Shown: positions 7,358 through 17,590 of the stretch, one piece after another
Numbering within the stretch: position 1 is the stretch's first letter
Layout of the letters: every line of letters starts with the position of its first letter
Origin: Alphaproteobacteria bacterium
GTDB lineage: Bacteria > Pseudomonadota > Alphaproteobacteria > WRDZ01
NCBI GenBank assembly: GCA_009779595.1
Contig: WRDZ01000001.1
Coordinates: 1 to 26,491 of the forward strand
DNA length: 26,491 nucleotides
Reading direction: 5' to 3'
Position numbers and translations under genes: made by a program
Notes under the pieces: generated by a model
Told to the model about the DNA's origin: nothing
Seen by the model: only the letters and a program-made list of their open reading frames with translations
The model's database searches: none

Positions 7358-7855
7358 ATGGACGCAGAGTACAAGTCAAAAGCTTTCAAAATCCTGCAGC
7401 AGCAGATTGCCGGCACGAACATAAACCCGGTGACGCTGCTGGCCACCGACTATCTTAACCACTTCAACGAGGTCATCATGATGATGTCCCTGGTCCCCGA
7501 CAGCCCGGAACTGCTGGTCGACTGCAAAAGATGGCGGCCCAAAAGCTATCAGCAGCACTTCCGCGATTCCACGTTCAAGAACAAAGACCTGGCAATCGCA
7601 GCATATAATGTGATACCCGAACGCTATCGCAGTTCGTTCGAGGCCGCGGCGGCAGGAATGGACGAGATAATCATACGCTCGCTTATGGCGCTGTCCAAAG
7701 CCATGGCGGCGAACAACGCCGAGGCGGCCAAGCGCATAGTCGACGAGTCGCACAAGGCGCTGATGCAGCTTGAAGGCATACTGAACGGGATAATCAACGG
7801 CAACGAAAAAAGCCTGGCCCAGGCGCAGTCCGAGGCGGACAAGAGTTTCACATAG
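7358..7855 (+). CDS. Conserved alphaproteobacterial hypothetical protein (NINP.TLLATDYLNHFNE motif), 165 aa, probably leaderless
   Basis: I recognise the motif from alphaproteobacterial hypotheticals. The ATG lies 7 nt after the TAACAT -10 and has no SD. Confidence 0.8.
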   Translation: MDAEYKSKAFKILQQQIAGTNINPVTLLATDYLNHFNEVIMMMSLVPDSPELLVDCKRWRPKSYQQHFRDSTFKNKDLAIAAYNVIPERYRSSFEAAAAGMDEIIIRSLMALSKAMAANNAEAAKRIVDESHKALMQLEGILNGIINGNEKSLAQAQSEADKSFT

Positions 7856-7881
7856 CGTAATACAAAAAAAACACATTGATG

Positions 7882-8002
7882 GCGCGTTACGTCTAGGCAA
7901 GCGCGCAATTAGCGAGCCGGAAGCGAGCGTGCGCGCGCCGCCCCCCGGACGGGCGTAACGCGCGCGTCCTGCGGACCGCTTGGCGGTGCCGCTGGCGCGG
8001 CA
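7882..8002. repeat. Dispersed structured intergenic repeat, copy A
   Basis: Shares GCGCGTT...CGCGCG.GTCCTGCGGACCGC..GGCGGTGCCGCT..CGCGGCA with copies at 19595 and 24392. Confidence 0.88.
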
Positions 8003-8022
8003 AAATTCAATATTAAAGGAAA

Positions 8023-8724
8023 TCAACCCCCGGCGTGGGTGAAGCTGGCCAGCTGCAGCAGCTTGCCGTCGCGCAATGACAGCTTGCGGTCCATGCGGTC
8101 GGCAAGCTCGGCGTTATGGGTGGCGATAAGCGCGGCAAGCCCGGTCTTCCTTACCACCTCAAGCAGCTGCTTGAACACCACGCCCGCGGTGTTTGGGTCA
8201 AGGTTGCCCGTGGGCTCGTCCGCCAGCAGAAGCTGAGGCCGGTTTATAAGCGCGCGGGCGATTGCGACACGCTGCTGTTCGCCGCCCGAGAGCTCGGCCG
8301 GGCGGTGGGCTATACGGTGGCCAAGCTCCAGCGTTTCCAGCAGGGACATGGCGCGCGCCTTGGCGTCGGCCGGATTCGTTCCTGCGATATACGCGGGCAG
8401 CAGCACGTTTTCCAGAGCCGAAAACTCGGGCAGCAGGTTGTGGTACTGGTACACGAATCCGATATTGTCGCGCCGCAAAGCCGTGCGTCCGGCGTCCGGC
8501 AGGCCCGCGCACGAAACGCCGCTTACCGCCACGCTGCCCGACGTCGGGGTTTCCAGCAGCCCGCATATGTGCAGCAGGGTGGACTTGCCCGCGCCGCTTG
8601 GGCCGATAAGGGCCACTATTTCGCCGGGCATTATCCTTAAATCCACACCTTTAAGGATTTCCAGGGACTGCTTGCCCTGCCGGTAGACGTGGCGCACGTC
8701 TTCAAGTTCAAGAACGCCGGACAT
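8023..8724 (-). CDS. lolD: Lipoprotein-releasing ABC transporter ATP-binding protein (233 aa; start at MSGVLE)
   Basis: Walker A GPSGAGKS, signature [23 protein letters not shown]; starts directly after the permease stop. Confidence 0.95.
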   Translation of the reverse strand: MSGVLELEDVRHVYRQGKQSLEILKGVDLRIMPGEIVALIGPSGAGKSTLLHICGLLETPTSGSVAVSGVSCAGLPDAGRTALRRDNIGFVYQYHNLLPEFSALENVLLPAYIAGTNPADAKARAMSLLETLELGHRIAHRPAELSGGEQQRVAIARALINRPQLLLADEPTGNLDPNTAGVVFKQLLEVVRKTGLAALIATHNAELADRMDRKLSLRDGKLLQLASFTHAGG

Positions 8725-8725
8725 A

Positions 8726-9973
8726 CTAACCATAGCGCAAAGCCTCCACAGGGTCCATGCGCGACGCTTTCCACGCCGGGTACAGCGTGGCGCTGAACGA
8801 CAGCGCAAGGGCCATTGCGGCCACGGCCGCGACCTCGGTCATGTCGACGCGGGAAGGCAGCTGGGACAGGAAATAAATCTCGGCGGCGAAAAGGTCGGTG
8901 CCGGTAAGGCCTTCCAGGAACCGGCGTATGCTTTCTATGTTAAGGCTTATCAGCAGGCCAAGCGTCACCCCAAGCAGGGTGCCGCCGACCCCGGTTATGG
9001 CGCCGTTAAGGAAGAATATCCGCATGACCGAGCCCTTGCTTGCCCCCATGGTGCGCAGCACGGCGATGTCGCGGCCTTTGGAGTTCACAAGCATTATCAG
9101 GCTTGAGATTATGTTGAACGAGGCGACAAGCACGATAAGGGTAAGCACCACGAACATGACGTTGCGCTCGACCTTTATGGCGTTGAAGAACGTCTGGTTC
9201 GAGTTCTGCCAGTTAAGCACCCGGGCGTCCTTGCCCGACGCGGCCATGATGCTTCTGACGGTCCTTTCGGCGGCCTCGACGCTCTCTCCCCTGTTAAGGA
9301 AGATTTCGAAATTGGACACGTCCTCGCCGTAATTGAAGAAGTCCTGCGCGTCCGCCAAAGGCATGAATATGAAGTTGCCGTCGTATTCGAACATGCCCAC
9401 GCTGAACGTGCCGACAATGGTGAACGCCTGCATCCTGGGCATCGTGCCGAAAGCCGTAACATTGCCGCGCGGTGATATCAGCGTCAGAGTGTCGCCGGTG
9501 GCCGCGCCAAGCTTTTCAGCCAGGCGGTACCCGACGATGATGCCGTCCGGCTCGCCTGAAATATCGCCCTGCATGCCGCTGGCGAACAAGGGCTGGCGGG
9601 CAAGCTGGGCAATGTCCACCCCGCGAATCACCGCTCCCTGGGTGGACCTGGCGCCCGAAACCATGACCTGTCCTTCGACAATGGGTATCACCTGGGCCAC
9701 GGACGGCAGCTTGGCTATCTGGTCGCGCACGTCGTGATATTCCGATATGCGGGCCCCGAATCCGTACACGCCAAGGTGGCCGTTGATGCCAAGTATGCGC
9801 TCCATCAGTTCGGCCCGAAAGCCGTTCATCACGGACATAACGATTATAAGGGCCATGACCCCGATGGCGATGCCAAGGAAAGAGAACAGGGTTATGACCG
9901 AAACCACCCCGTCCTTCTTTTTGGCCCGCAGGTATCTTGCGGCTACAACACATTCGAATCTTGAAAAAATCAT
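8726..9973 (-). CDS. lolE: Lipoprotein-releasing ABC transporter permease, LolC/E family
   Basis: ARYLRAKK...[55 protein letters not shown]; SD AAGGA. Confidence 0.95.
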   Translation of the reverse strand: MIFSRFECVVAARYLRAKKKDGVVSVITLFSFLGIAIGVMALIIVMSVMNGFRAELMERILGINGHLGVYGFGARISEYHDVRDQIAKLPSVAQVIPIVEGQVMVSGARSTQGAVIRGVDIAQLARQPLFASGMQGDISGEPDGIIVGYRLAEKLGAATGDTLTLISPRGNVTAFGTMPRMQAFTIVGTFSVGMFEYDGNFIFMPLADAQDFFNYGEDVSNFEIFLNRGESVEAAERTVRSIMAASGKDARVLNWQNSNQTFFNAIKVERNVMFVVLTLIVLVASFNIISSLIMLVNSKGRDIAVLRTMGASKGSVMRIFFLNGAITGVGGTLLGVTLGLLISLNIESIRRFLEGLTGTDLFAAEIYFLSQLPSRVDMTEVAAVAAMALALSFSATLYPAWKASRMDPVEALRYG

Positions 9974-10023
9974 ATTTTGTCCTTGTCAACGATATAAAAA
10001 ACTATATAACTGAATAAAACGAA

Positions 10024-11790
10024 ATGCAAGACTTTAAAGCGGATAATTCGAATACCTTTGCGCTGCTTGCCTTTATAGGCGGGGCGGCAGCATTTTTCGC
10101 CATGCCAATCGACCCGCCGTTTTGGGCGCTGGCGGCCTTGGCGGCCGGAGTCTTTGCCGCATGGTACAAGCATCGGACGCTGGTCCCGATTTTGGCGGCG
10201 TTCTCCATAGGCTTCGTGATGGTGTGGGCAAGGGCCGGAGCCATCGACTTTCCAAGAATCCAAGAGCCAATAGAAAAAACATGGCTGGAAGGCAAGGTCC
10301 TGGAAGCGGTCCCGTTTGGCGCCATGACCATGCTGACGCTGGAGCCCACGTTCATAAGGGCGTACAGGGGCAAGGACGAACCTCTGCCCCGAAAACTTGT
10401 GATATGGGGGCGCGGCAACGGGTTCATACCCGGCCAGCACATAGCCATGTTCGCGCAGCTGAACCCGATAGGCCCGCCCGCTGTACCCGGGTATAACGAC
10501 AGGCGGGCTGCCGACTGGTTCCGCAGCATAGGCGGGCGCGGGCAGGCCTTGTCCAGGGCGCGCATAACCGACGGCAGCCAGGCCAGCTTCTGGGAGGGGC
10601 TGCGCAACAAAATCCGCCTTAGGATATTCGAGGTCCTGCCCAAGGAGCAGGCCGGCATAGTCACCGCCTTAAGCATAGGCTGGCAGGGGTTCATACCTCG
10701 CAGCGTGCGGCAGGATTACCGGAATTCCGGCATATCGCACGTGCTGTCCATATCCGGGCTGCACATGGTGCTGCTTGCGGGCACGGTATTTTTCCTGGTC
10801 CGCAAGCCGCTGAACATGTTCGGCCGCTTCGACGCCATGGACACGAAAAAGTACGCTGCCATGGCCGCGCTGGCCGCAATGACGGGCTATCTTATGATTT
10901 CCGGGATGTCCGTGCCCGCGGTGCGGTCGTTCATCATGGCGGCCATAGCCCTGCTTGCCATGATGATAAACCGGCGCACGGTATCCAAGCAGCTGCTGGC
11001 CCTGGCGGCCGTGCTGATAATAATATACGACCCGCCGTCCATGCTGTCGCCGGTGTTCCAGCTTTCGTTCACGGCGGTGCTTGCCCTGATAACCCTGTTC
11101 GAGCAGGTCGATTTCACGCGGTTCAACCGGTGGGCGGCCGTCGCGCTGACCGTGCTGGGGGTCAATGTCGCGGCGATGCTGGCGACCCTGCCGATAATAA
11201 TGTACCACTTCGGGCAGGTAAGCACGCTTGACGTGCTGGCGAACTTCGCGATATCGCCGCTGTTCGGGATATGGATAATGCCCATGGTTTTCCTGGGCCT
11301 TGCCACCATGCCGCTTGGATTCGATTTGCCGCTGAAGCTGGCCGGAGCGGGGACAAGCATAATGACGTGGGTTGCCGGCACTGCGGCATCCATGCCGTGG
11401 GCGGTGTTCCCGACTTCGGCTATGCCCGGATGGGGGCTGGTCCTTGCCATGGCGTCGGTCCTGATAATTTCGCTGGTAAGGGGCAGGATAAGGTTCATAG
11501 CCGTGGGAATATGGGTAATGGCCGTGCTTAGCCCCATGACCGTCAGCCTGCCCGACATATATGCGGTTCCGGGGCTTGCGGCGGCGCGGAACGCAGACGG
11601 GCTGTGCTTTTCGGACGCCCGCAAAAAGGTAAGCGTAAGAAGGGAATGGCTGAAACACGCCGGTTTTAACGGACACAAGTCGGTAAGATGCAAGGAAACA
11701 CTGGATATCGACGTTGACCAGCCCACCCTGATATGGCTTGACCCGCCGCGCATAAAAACCGACGAGTGCAAAAGGGTCTGGTGCGGGTAA
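10024..11790 (+). CDS. comEC: ComEC/Rec2 competence DNA-uptake membrane protein (no clear C-terminal MBL domain)
   Basis: SGISHVLSISGLHM, SG.SVPAVRSFIM, P...LSPVFQLSF; multiple TM helices. Confidence 0.93.
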   Translation: MQDFKADNSNTFALLAFIGGAAAFFAMPIDPPFWALAALAAGVFAAWYKHRTLVPILAAFSIGFVMVWARAGAIDFPRIQEPIEKTWLEGKVLEAVPFGAMTMLTLEPTFIRAYRGKDEPLPRKLVIWGRGNGFIPGQHIAMFAQLNPIGPPAVPGYNDRRAADWFRSIGGRGQALSRARITDGSQASFWEGLRNKIRLRIFEVLPKEQAGIVTALSIGWQGFIPRSVRQDYRNSGISHVLSISGLHMVLLAGTVFFLVRKPLNMFGRFDAMDTKKYAAMAALAAMTGYLMISGMSVPAVRSFIMAAIALLAMMINRRTVSKQLLALAAVLIIIYDPPSMLSPVFQLSFTAVLALITLFEQVDFTRFNRWAAVALTVLGVNVAAMLATLPIIMYHFGQVSTLDVLANFAISPLFGIWIMPMVFLGLATMPLGFDLPLKLAGAGTSIMTWVAGTAASMPWAVFPTSAMPGWGLVLAMASVLIISLVRGRIRFIAVGIWVMAVLSPMTVSLPDIYAVPGLAAARNADGLCFSDARKKVSVRREWLKHAGFNGHKSVRCKETLDIDVDQPTLIWLDPPRIKTDECKRVWCG

Positions 11791-11792
11791 GG

Positions 11793-12332
11793 CTATCTTG
11801 GGACGAGCCGGATTCCATGTCCGGACAAGGCATTGTCCAGAAATTGTCCGGGCGCCAAAGTTATCCTTTCATACTCTTTTGCCGTTTCGAACAAATCCGA
11901 AAGCCGCTGCCATTCCGCGCGGCGGCGTTCTATGAACTCCTCGTTGTTGCCCCGGTTTTTGAACCGCATGGCATATTCCTGAAAATTATCCTTGGACGGA
12001 GCGGCCAATATAACACGCACGTCATGCCCTTTGGCCTTGAACCGGGCGCTGTCCACAGCGTCGAAAACGTGCTCTATGAACGGGGACACAACTATGCTTT
12101 TTCCAACCGCAAGCTGGTGCAGCACAGCGTCAATCCAGTTGCCGGGATAGTCGGGGTTTTCAGCGCGCAGAGCCGTATTCCCCTTCCTTTGTTCAAGCGG
12201 CAGGTGCGCGATGGATTTGTCATAGACGAACTTGAAATCCTGGAAGTCCATATCCAGGACATTCAAGTATCTTTTTTCGGCCTCGGTCTTGCCGCTGCCC
12301 ATATATGCCAGAATCAGGACTTTGTCTTTCAT
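11793..12332 (-). CDS. Small P-loop NTPase / nucleotide-kinase-like protein
   Basis: N-terminal Walker A AYMGSGKT, NPDYP.NWI, EY..RF.NRGN..EFI; SD AGGA, coupled to the rnd stop. Confidence 0.75.
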   Translation of the reverse strand: MKDKVLILAYMGSGKTEAEKRYLNVLDMDFQDFKFVYDKSIAHLPLEQRKGNTALRAENPDYPGNWIDAVLHQLAVGKSIVVSPFIEHVFDAVDSARFKAKGHDVRVILAAPSKDNFQEYAMRFKNRGNNEEFIERRRAEWQRLSDLFETAKEYERITLAPGQFLDNALSGHGIRLVPR

Positions 12333-12336
12333 AAGA

Positions 12337-13479
12337 TTATTCCTTTGCCTGCTCTTTCCTGACCACTATCCTGCGGCCGTCGGGGTCATAGGCGAACGCC
12401 AGCTCGCCGCGCTTTAGGGCCAGGGCGTCGTCGCCGAAAATCTGGCGCCTCCACCCGCCAAGAGCCGGAATATCTGCGTTGTCGTCGGCTGCCAAGGCGT
12501 GCAGGTCGTCGCTTGAGGCGATGACCTTTGCCGCGACCTTCCCATCGTGGGCCTTGATATGCAGAAGGACCGTCAAAAGCTGGATTATCGGGCGCAGCCT
12601 GCCGCTTTGGGCCGAGTCGTCGCGGACCGCCGGCTTGGCTGCGGGCGGGGCTGCTGCGATGACGTCCAGGACCTCTTGCCGCATCTTGGACGGCACGCCC
12701 ACGCGCACGCCCTCCAGCGCCTGGATATCCCCCGGCAAAACGCTGGCCAGGGCGACAATGTGCTCGTCCGTCAGGATGTGGCGGCGCGGCCTGTCAAGCT
12801 GCATGGCCTTGCTTTCGCGCCATTTGACCAGGGCGTCCAGCGCTCCGGCGGTCCTGGCGCTTGCGCGGGTGGGCATCATCTTGTGGCAGATGCGCTGGTA
12901 GTCCACGGCATAGTGCTGCCGCGTGAAAGCGTGCCGCGTTTCCTCTTGGGCCCAATCGGTGCGCCCGGCGTCCTCCAGCCGCTGTTTAAGCTTTGCGTAC
13001 ACGTCGCGCAGGTACGTCACGTCGGACAGGGCGTACTGCACCTGCTCGTCGGTCAGGGGGCGCTTGGACCAGTCCGTGAACCTCTGGCCCTTGTCCAGCG
13101 TGACCTTGCACAGCGACGACACCAGCGACTGATAGCTGGCGGCCTCGCCGAAACCCAGCATCTGCGCCGCTATCTGGGTGTCGAATATGGGCGAGGGGAT
13201 AATGTCATACAGGTGCAGGAAGATTTCCACGTCCTGCCCGCCCGAGTGCAGGACCTTGGTCACCGCCGGGTTTTCCAGCAGCTTGACGAACGGGGCCATG
13301 TCCAGCCCGGCCTTGGGGTCTATGCACGCCTGCCCGTCCGGCCAGCCTATCTGTATCAGGCACAGAACCGGCCAATAGGTTTTCTCGCGTATGAATTCGG
13401 TGTCGATTGTCATAAAGTCGCATCGCGCCAACTTTATGCACAAATTTTCTAGCTCTTTTTGCTCGTTTATTATTGTCAT
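12337..13479 (-). CDS. rnd: Ribonuclease D
   Basis: DEDDy motifs IDTEFIREKTYWP.LCLIQ, HSGGQD, DWSKRPL, YALSDV; divergent from aspS as usual in alphaproteobacteria. Confidence 0.95.
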   Translation of the reverse strand: MTIINEQKELENLCIKLARCDFMTIDTEFIREKTYWPVLCLIQIGWPDGQACIDPKAGLDMAPFVKLLENPAVTKVLHSGGQDVEIFLHLYDIIPSPIFDTQIAAQMLGFGEAASYQSLVSSLCKVTLDKGQRFTDWSKRPLTDEQVQYALSDVTYLRDVYAKLKQRLEDAGRTDWAQEETRHAFTRQHYAVDYQRICHKMMPTRASARTAGALDALVKWRESKAMQLDRPRRHILTDEHIVALASVLPGDIQALEGVRVGVPSKMRQEVLDVIAAAPPAAKPAVRDDSAQSGRLRPIIQLLTVLLHIKAHDGKVAAKVIASSDDLHALAADDNADIPALGGWRRQIFGDDALALKRGELAFAYDPDGRRIVVRKEQAKE

Positions 13480-13500
13480 AACGGTTTATTGTAGTATAAT
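13473..13500 (+). promoter_or_regulatory. Sigma70-type aspS promoter TTGTCA-N16-TATAAT; the -35 overlaps the rnd start codon
   Basis: Hexamers at 13473-13478 and 13495-13500. Confidence 0.6.
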
Positions 13501-13528
13501 CACAGGATAAAATAAAGGAGAAAAAATC

Positions 13529-15343
13529 ATGGCACTTTCAAGCATATACAGAACCCACACCTGCGGGCAGCTTACGGCGGCCCAGGCAAAGGCCAAAGTC
13601 AAGCTTTCGGGCTGGGTCGCGCGCAAACGCGACCACGGCAACCTTTTGTTCGTTGACCTGCGCGACCATTACGGCCGCACGCAGCTGGTGACCAGCGAAG
13701 GCGACAAGTGGCACGAGGCTTTGTCGAAGGTGCGGCTGGAAAGCGTGGTCATGGTCGAGGGCGAAGTGGTATTGCGCGCGCCCGAAACCGCGAACAACAA
13801 GCTGCCCACCGGCGAAATCGAGGTCCGCGTGACCGGGTACGAACTATTGTCCGAGGCCGAAACCCTGCCCATACAGGTGGAAACAACCGAAGACCAAAGC
13901 GAAGAGCTGCGCTTCAAATACCGCTTTTTGGACCTGCGCCGCCAGTTCCTGCACGACCGGATAATGCTGCGCACCAAGGTCATCGCGTCCATACGCAAAC
14001 GCATGGTGGACCTGGGGTTCAACGAGTACCAGACCCCTATCCTGACCTCGTCCAGCCCGGAAGGGGCGCGCGACTTCCTTGTGCCAAGCCGGCTGCACCC
14101 GGGCAGGTTTTACGCTCTGCCGCAGGCTCCGCAGCAGTTCAAGCAGCTGATAATGATTGCGGGCTTCGACAGGTATTTCCAGATAGCCCCGTGCTTCCGC
14201 GACGAGGACGCGCGCGCGGACCGCACCGCGGGCGAGTTCTATCAGCTTGACTTAGAGATGAGCTTCGTCACCCAGGACGACGTGCTGGAAGCCGTGGGTA
14301 CCGTTTTGCACGGCTTGTTCGACGAGTTCAAGGACGGCAAGGCCATCACCCCGTACAAGGAAATCCGCCGCATACCGTACAAGGAAGCCATGCTGGTCTA
14401 TGGCAGCGACAAGCCGGACCTGCGCAACCCGCTGGTTGTCAGCGATGCCACCGAAATCTTCCGCGGCAGTTCGTTCGGGGTATTCGCAAACGCCATCAAC
14501 GAGGGTGCGCAGGTGCGCGCCATACCCGCGCCCAAGGCAGCGGACAAGCCGCGCAGCTGGTACGACAAGATGGGAGAGTGGGCCAAGCACAACCGCATGA
14601 GCGGGCTTGGCTACCTGGTATATGAACAGGACGGCACCTTCAAAGGCCCCATTGCCAAAAACCTTGACGGGGAACGCGTGAAAAAGCTGGCGGAACTTGC
14701 CAACCTGTCCCCTGGCGACGCGCTGTTCTTCGTGTGCGCCAGCCCCAAGAACTGGGGGCTGGACAAGTCGGCCGGGTATGTAAGGAACAAGGTGGCTCAG
14801 GAACTGGACCTTATAGAAGCCAACGCCTTCCGCATGTGCTGGGTAGTGGACTTCCCCAAGTACGAATTCAACGAGGAAACCGGCAGCGTGGATTTCCACC
14901 ACAACCCGTTCTCGATGCCCCAGGGCGGCCTGCAGTCCCTTAACGAGAAAGACCCGCTGGACATCATCGCGTACCAGTACGACTTCGTGGTCAACGGCAT
15001 TGAAATCGCATCGGGCGGCATACGCAACAACAAGCCGGAAATCATGTACCGCGCGTTCGAAATCGCCGGATACAGCCGGGAAACCGTGGACGGCAAGTTC
15101 GGCGGCATGATAAGCGCGTTCAGGTTCGGGGCTCCTCCGCACGGAGGGTGCGCTCCGGGGATTGACCGCATCGTGATGCTGCTGGGCGACGAGGACCAGG
15201 TGCGCAACATCGTGATGTTCCCCATGACCCAGAAGGCCGAGGACCTGATGATGCAGGCTCCAAGGGAAGCTACGGAAAAACAGCTGAAAGAGCTGCACAT
15301 CCGCGTTGTCATGCCCCCGGCTCCGGGCGCGAAGAAGGAGTGA
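13529..15343 (+). CDS. aspS: Aspartyl-tRNA synthetase, non-discriminating (Asp/Asn) type
   Basis: YRTHTCG, RKRDHG (His marks ND-AspRS), [34 protein letters not shown]; SD AAAGGAG. Confidence 0.98.
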   Translation: MALSSIYRTHTCGQLTAAQAKAKVKLSGWVARKRDHGNLLFVDLRDHYGRTQLVTSEGDKWHEALSKVRLESVVMVEGEVVLRAPETANNKLPTGEIEVRVTGYELLSEAETLPIQVETTEDQSEELRFKYRFLDLRRQFLHDRIMLRTKVIASIRKRMVDLGFNEYQTPILTSSSPEGARDFLVPSRLHPGRFYALPQAPQQFKQLIMIAGFDRYFQIAPCFRDEDARADRTAGEFYQLDLEMSFVTQDDVLEAVGTVLHGLFDEFKDGKAITPYKEIRRIPYKEAMLVYGSDKPDLRNPLVVSDATEIFRGSSFGVFANAINEGAQVRAIPAPKAADKPRSWYDKMGEWAKHNRMSGLGYLVYEQDGTFKGPIAKNLDGERVKKLAELANLSPGDALFFVCASPKNWGLDKSAGYVRNKVAQELDLIEANAFRMCWVVDFPKYEFNEETGSVDFHHNPFSMPQGGLQSLNEKDPLDIIAYQYDFVVNGIEIASGGIRNNKPEIMYRAFEIAGYSRETVDGKFGGMISAFRFGAPPHGGCAPGIDRIVMLLGDEDQVRNIVMFPMTQKAEDLMMQAPREATEKQLKELHIRVVMPPAPGAKKE

Positions 15344-15345
15344 GC

Positions 15346-15885
15346 ATGAAAAGCCTGGTTATCGCGGCAGTCATATCGGCGTTTTCCACCGGCGCGACGG
15401 CCTTGGATATTACGGGGCCTACGCACAAAGAAGGGCTGCGGTGCGAGGTTGTCGCAAAGGTATTGAAAACCGAACCGGGCGATATTCCCGCCCCCCCATC
15501 CCCGCATACAAGCGCCGGATGGAACTGGAATACCGGCGGGAGCTGGAATAAATGCAAAGGGGACAAAATCACCGTCCAGGTCATAAGAGTCGGCAGGAAT
15601 TATCACTATGTGGATTTCTTTCGAAGAACGAACAAGATGAAAGAATGCCATTCCGTTCACCAAGACGGGCAGATTTTGGAACTGGCGTCGAATCGGCGCG
15701 ATACCGGCATAAAAGCCGGCGACACCCAAAGGTTTGCTTTCGTTAAAATGCTGCCTTTCAGCCCGGATTATGACGACGAATGCCTTTTGATAAAAAGCGT
15801 GACCCCCGACCTGGAAGACCCGGGCAAACCTTTGGATTATGAATGGAACAAGAAGAACTATACTTGCGAAGGATGTTTTGAATGA
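15346..15885 (+). CDS. Secreted hypothetical protein (179 aa, 6 Cys)
   Basis: SD AAGGAG; signal peptide MKSLVIAAVISAFSTGATA; its stop overlaps the xseB start (ATGA). Confidence 0.75.
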   Translation: MKSLVIAAVISAFSTGATALDITGPTHKEGLRCEVVAKVLKTEPGDIPAPPSPHTSAGWNWNTGGSWNKCKGDKITVQVIRVGRNYHYVDFFRRTNKMKECHSVHQDGQILELASNRRDTGIKAGDTQRFAFVKMLPFSPDYDDECLLIKSVTPDLEDPGKPLDYEWNKKNYTCEGCFE

Positions 15886-16118
15886 CGGAAACAGTTGAAA
15901 ACCTGACCTTCGAATCCGCCATGGCCGAGCTTGAGGAAATCGTGCGCAAGCTGGAGTCGGGCAAGGTCAAGCTGGACGAGGCCGTAAAGACTTACGAGCG
16001 CGGCATTGTCCTTAAGAAATTCTGCCAGAAGCGTTTGGAGGAGGCCAGTTTGAAAATCGAGAAGGTCATGCTTGACAGCGCGGGGCAGCCGCAGGGGGCC
16101 GAAAAGTTTGAGCCGTAG
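15882..16118 (+). CDS. xseB: Exodeoxyribonuclease VII small subunit
   Basis: LTFESAMAELEEIVRKLESG.V.LDEAVKTYERG..L...C...LEEA.LKIE. Confidence 0.95.
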   Translation: MTETVENLTFESAMAELEEIVRKLESGKVKLDEAVKTYERGIVLKKFCQKRLEEASLKIEKVMLDSAGQPQGAEKFEP

Positions 16119-16131
16119 CACCCCTTCAGCC

Positions 16132-17064
16132 ATGTCCGCGCTTGCAGCCGCCCTAAGCGGCCTTGCGCAAACCGACGACCGGGTGGTTGTCGTGACCACC
16201 GGCAATCCGGCGAAGATGGGCTTCAACCCGCGCGCCAAAAGGATGGACGGGCGGGTGCTTTCGTTTCCGGCCTCTCCGGCCCTGGCCGCGTCCTGCGCCA
16301 TAGAGCTTCTTCACAAGGAATACCGCCCGTTCCTTCTGATGCCCGATTCGTACGTGTACGAGGCCTATGCCATGATAGTCGAGGCCGTGGCCTGCAGCCT
16401 GCCACTTGGGGTGTGCCTGTTCGGCGCGGGGCTTGACCCCGGCGGAATCAGCATGCACAAGGGCGCGGACCTGGCGGCAGTAAGCCGCATACCGGACCTG
16501 GTGGTGGCCGCCCCGTCCGGCATGGAGGACGTGTGCAACATGCTGATGACCATGTACGGCAGCGACTGCCCCATGGTCATGCGCTTTTCCAGCGACATGG
16601 CAGGGGGCTGCCCGTCCGCCGCGGGCACGGCCATAACCATCGGCACGGGCCGGGTTGTCCGCAAGGGCAGCCGCGTGGCTATGCTGAACTTCGGCGCCTT
16701 GCTGCCCGAGTGCCTGAAGGCCTGCAACGCGCTTGCCGGCCGCGGCATCATACCCACGGTCGTGGACATGCGGTTCGTCAAGCCCCTTGACCTGGAACTG
16801 CTGACCCAGCAGTCGCTTATGCACCAGCTTCTGGTCATCGTGGAGGACAGCGTGGGTTCGGTGGGCAGCCTGGCGCTTGAATTCCTGGCCAACAACGGGT
16901 TCATGGACCACGGGCTGAAAGTGCGCACGGTGAAGATACCCGAAGGATTCTTCGCGTACGGGGACGGCGCCCAGCTGAAAGCTCAGGCGGGTGTTAACCC
17001 GCAGGGCATAATAATGACAGTGCTTGACGCCCTGGACGACGTGGACGGCAACATGGTGGTGTGA
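16132..17064 (+). CDS. DXS/transketolase-like protein: pyrimidine-binding and C-terminal domains only, degenerate (alternative TTG start at 16108)
   Basis: DDRVVVVT, IPDLVVAAPS, IGTGRVVRKGSRVAMLNFG, TVVDMRFVKPLD match the DXS C-half. It follows xseB, where dxs is usually found. Confidence 0.8.
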   Translation: MSALAAALSGLAQTDDRVVVVTTGNPAKMGFNPRAKRMDGRVLSFPASPALAASCAIELLHKEYRPFLLMPDSYVYEAYAMIVEAVACSLPLGVCLFGAGLDPGGISMHKGADLAAVSRIPDLVVAAPSGMEDVCNMLMTMYGSDCPMVMRFSSDMAGGCPSAAGTAITIGTGRVVRKGSRVAMLNFGALLPECLKACNALAGRGIIPTVVDMRFVKPLDLELLTQQSLMHQLLVIVEDSVGSVGSLALEFLANNGFMDHGLKVRTVKIPEGFFAYGDGAQLKAQAGVNPQGIIMTVLDALDDVDGNMVV

Positions 17065-17075
17065 GGGGGCGCAAA

Positions 17076-17570
17076 ATGGCCAGCATCGAAGTACCAAAAG
17101 CCGGCGATTATCCCAGAATCAATGAATTAGGGATACAAATAGCTGAACTGCACGCCGGGTGGCGGCCGGATATTTTCGTTTCCACCCGGACCTCCATATT
17201 GCAAAAATCATTCGACAAGCTTGTCGAAAACAAAGAGATTTACGCCATCTATGAAGACGGGGCCGTTATAGGCTACATGATTATAAAGTTCGAGGCCAGC
17301 GAATCCGCTATCAAGAAGCACAAGAAAAAGTGTGTTTTAGAAATCATATGCGTTGACAAGCAGCACCGGAACAAAGGATATGGCAAAAAACTTTTCGATT
17401 ATGCGATAGAGCTTGCCAGGAAAAACGGAGCTACATATTTCTACCTGGACGTATATCCGCAAAACGCAAGCGCCATCGCCCTTTACGAAAAGAAGGGCCT
17501 GACGGTTGAAAAGCCTGTTTATTCAATCGAGCTGGCAAAGCCGGATGTTGACGCGAGGGGAAACGTTTAA
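17076..17570 (+). CDS. GNAT family N-acetyltransferase (164 aa)
   Basis: Motif A CVDKQHRNKGYGKKL and motif B NASAIALYEKKG; AT-richer than flanking genes. Confidence 0.9.
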   Translation: MASIEVPKAGDYPRINELGIQIAELHAGWRPDIFVSTRTSILQKSFDKLVENKEIYAIYEDGAVIGYMIIKFEASESAIKKHKKKCVLEIICVDKQHRNKGYGKKLFDYAIELARKNGATYFYLDVYPQNASAIALYEKKGLTVEKPVYSIELAKPDVDARGNV

Positions 17571-17590
17571 ACTGCTTGGAGTAAATAAAA

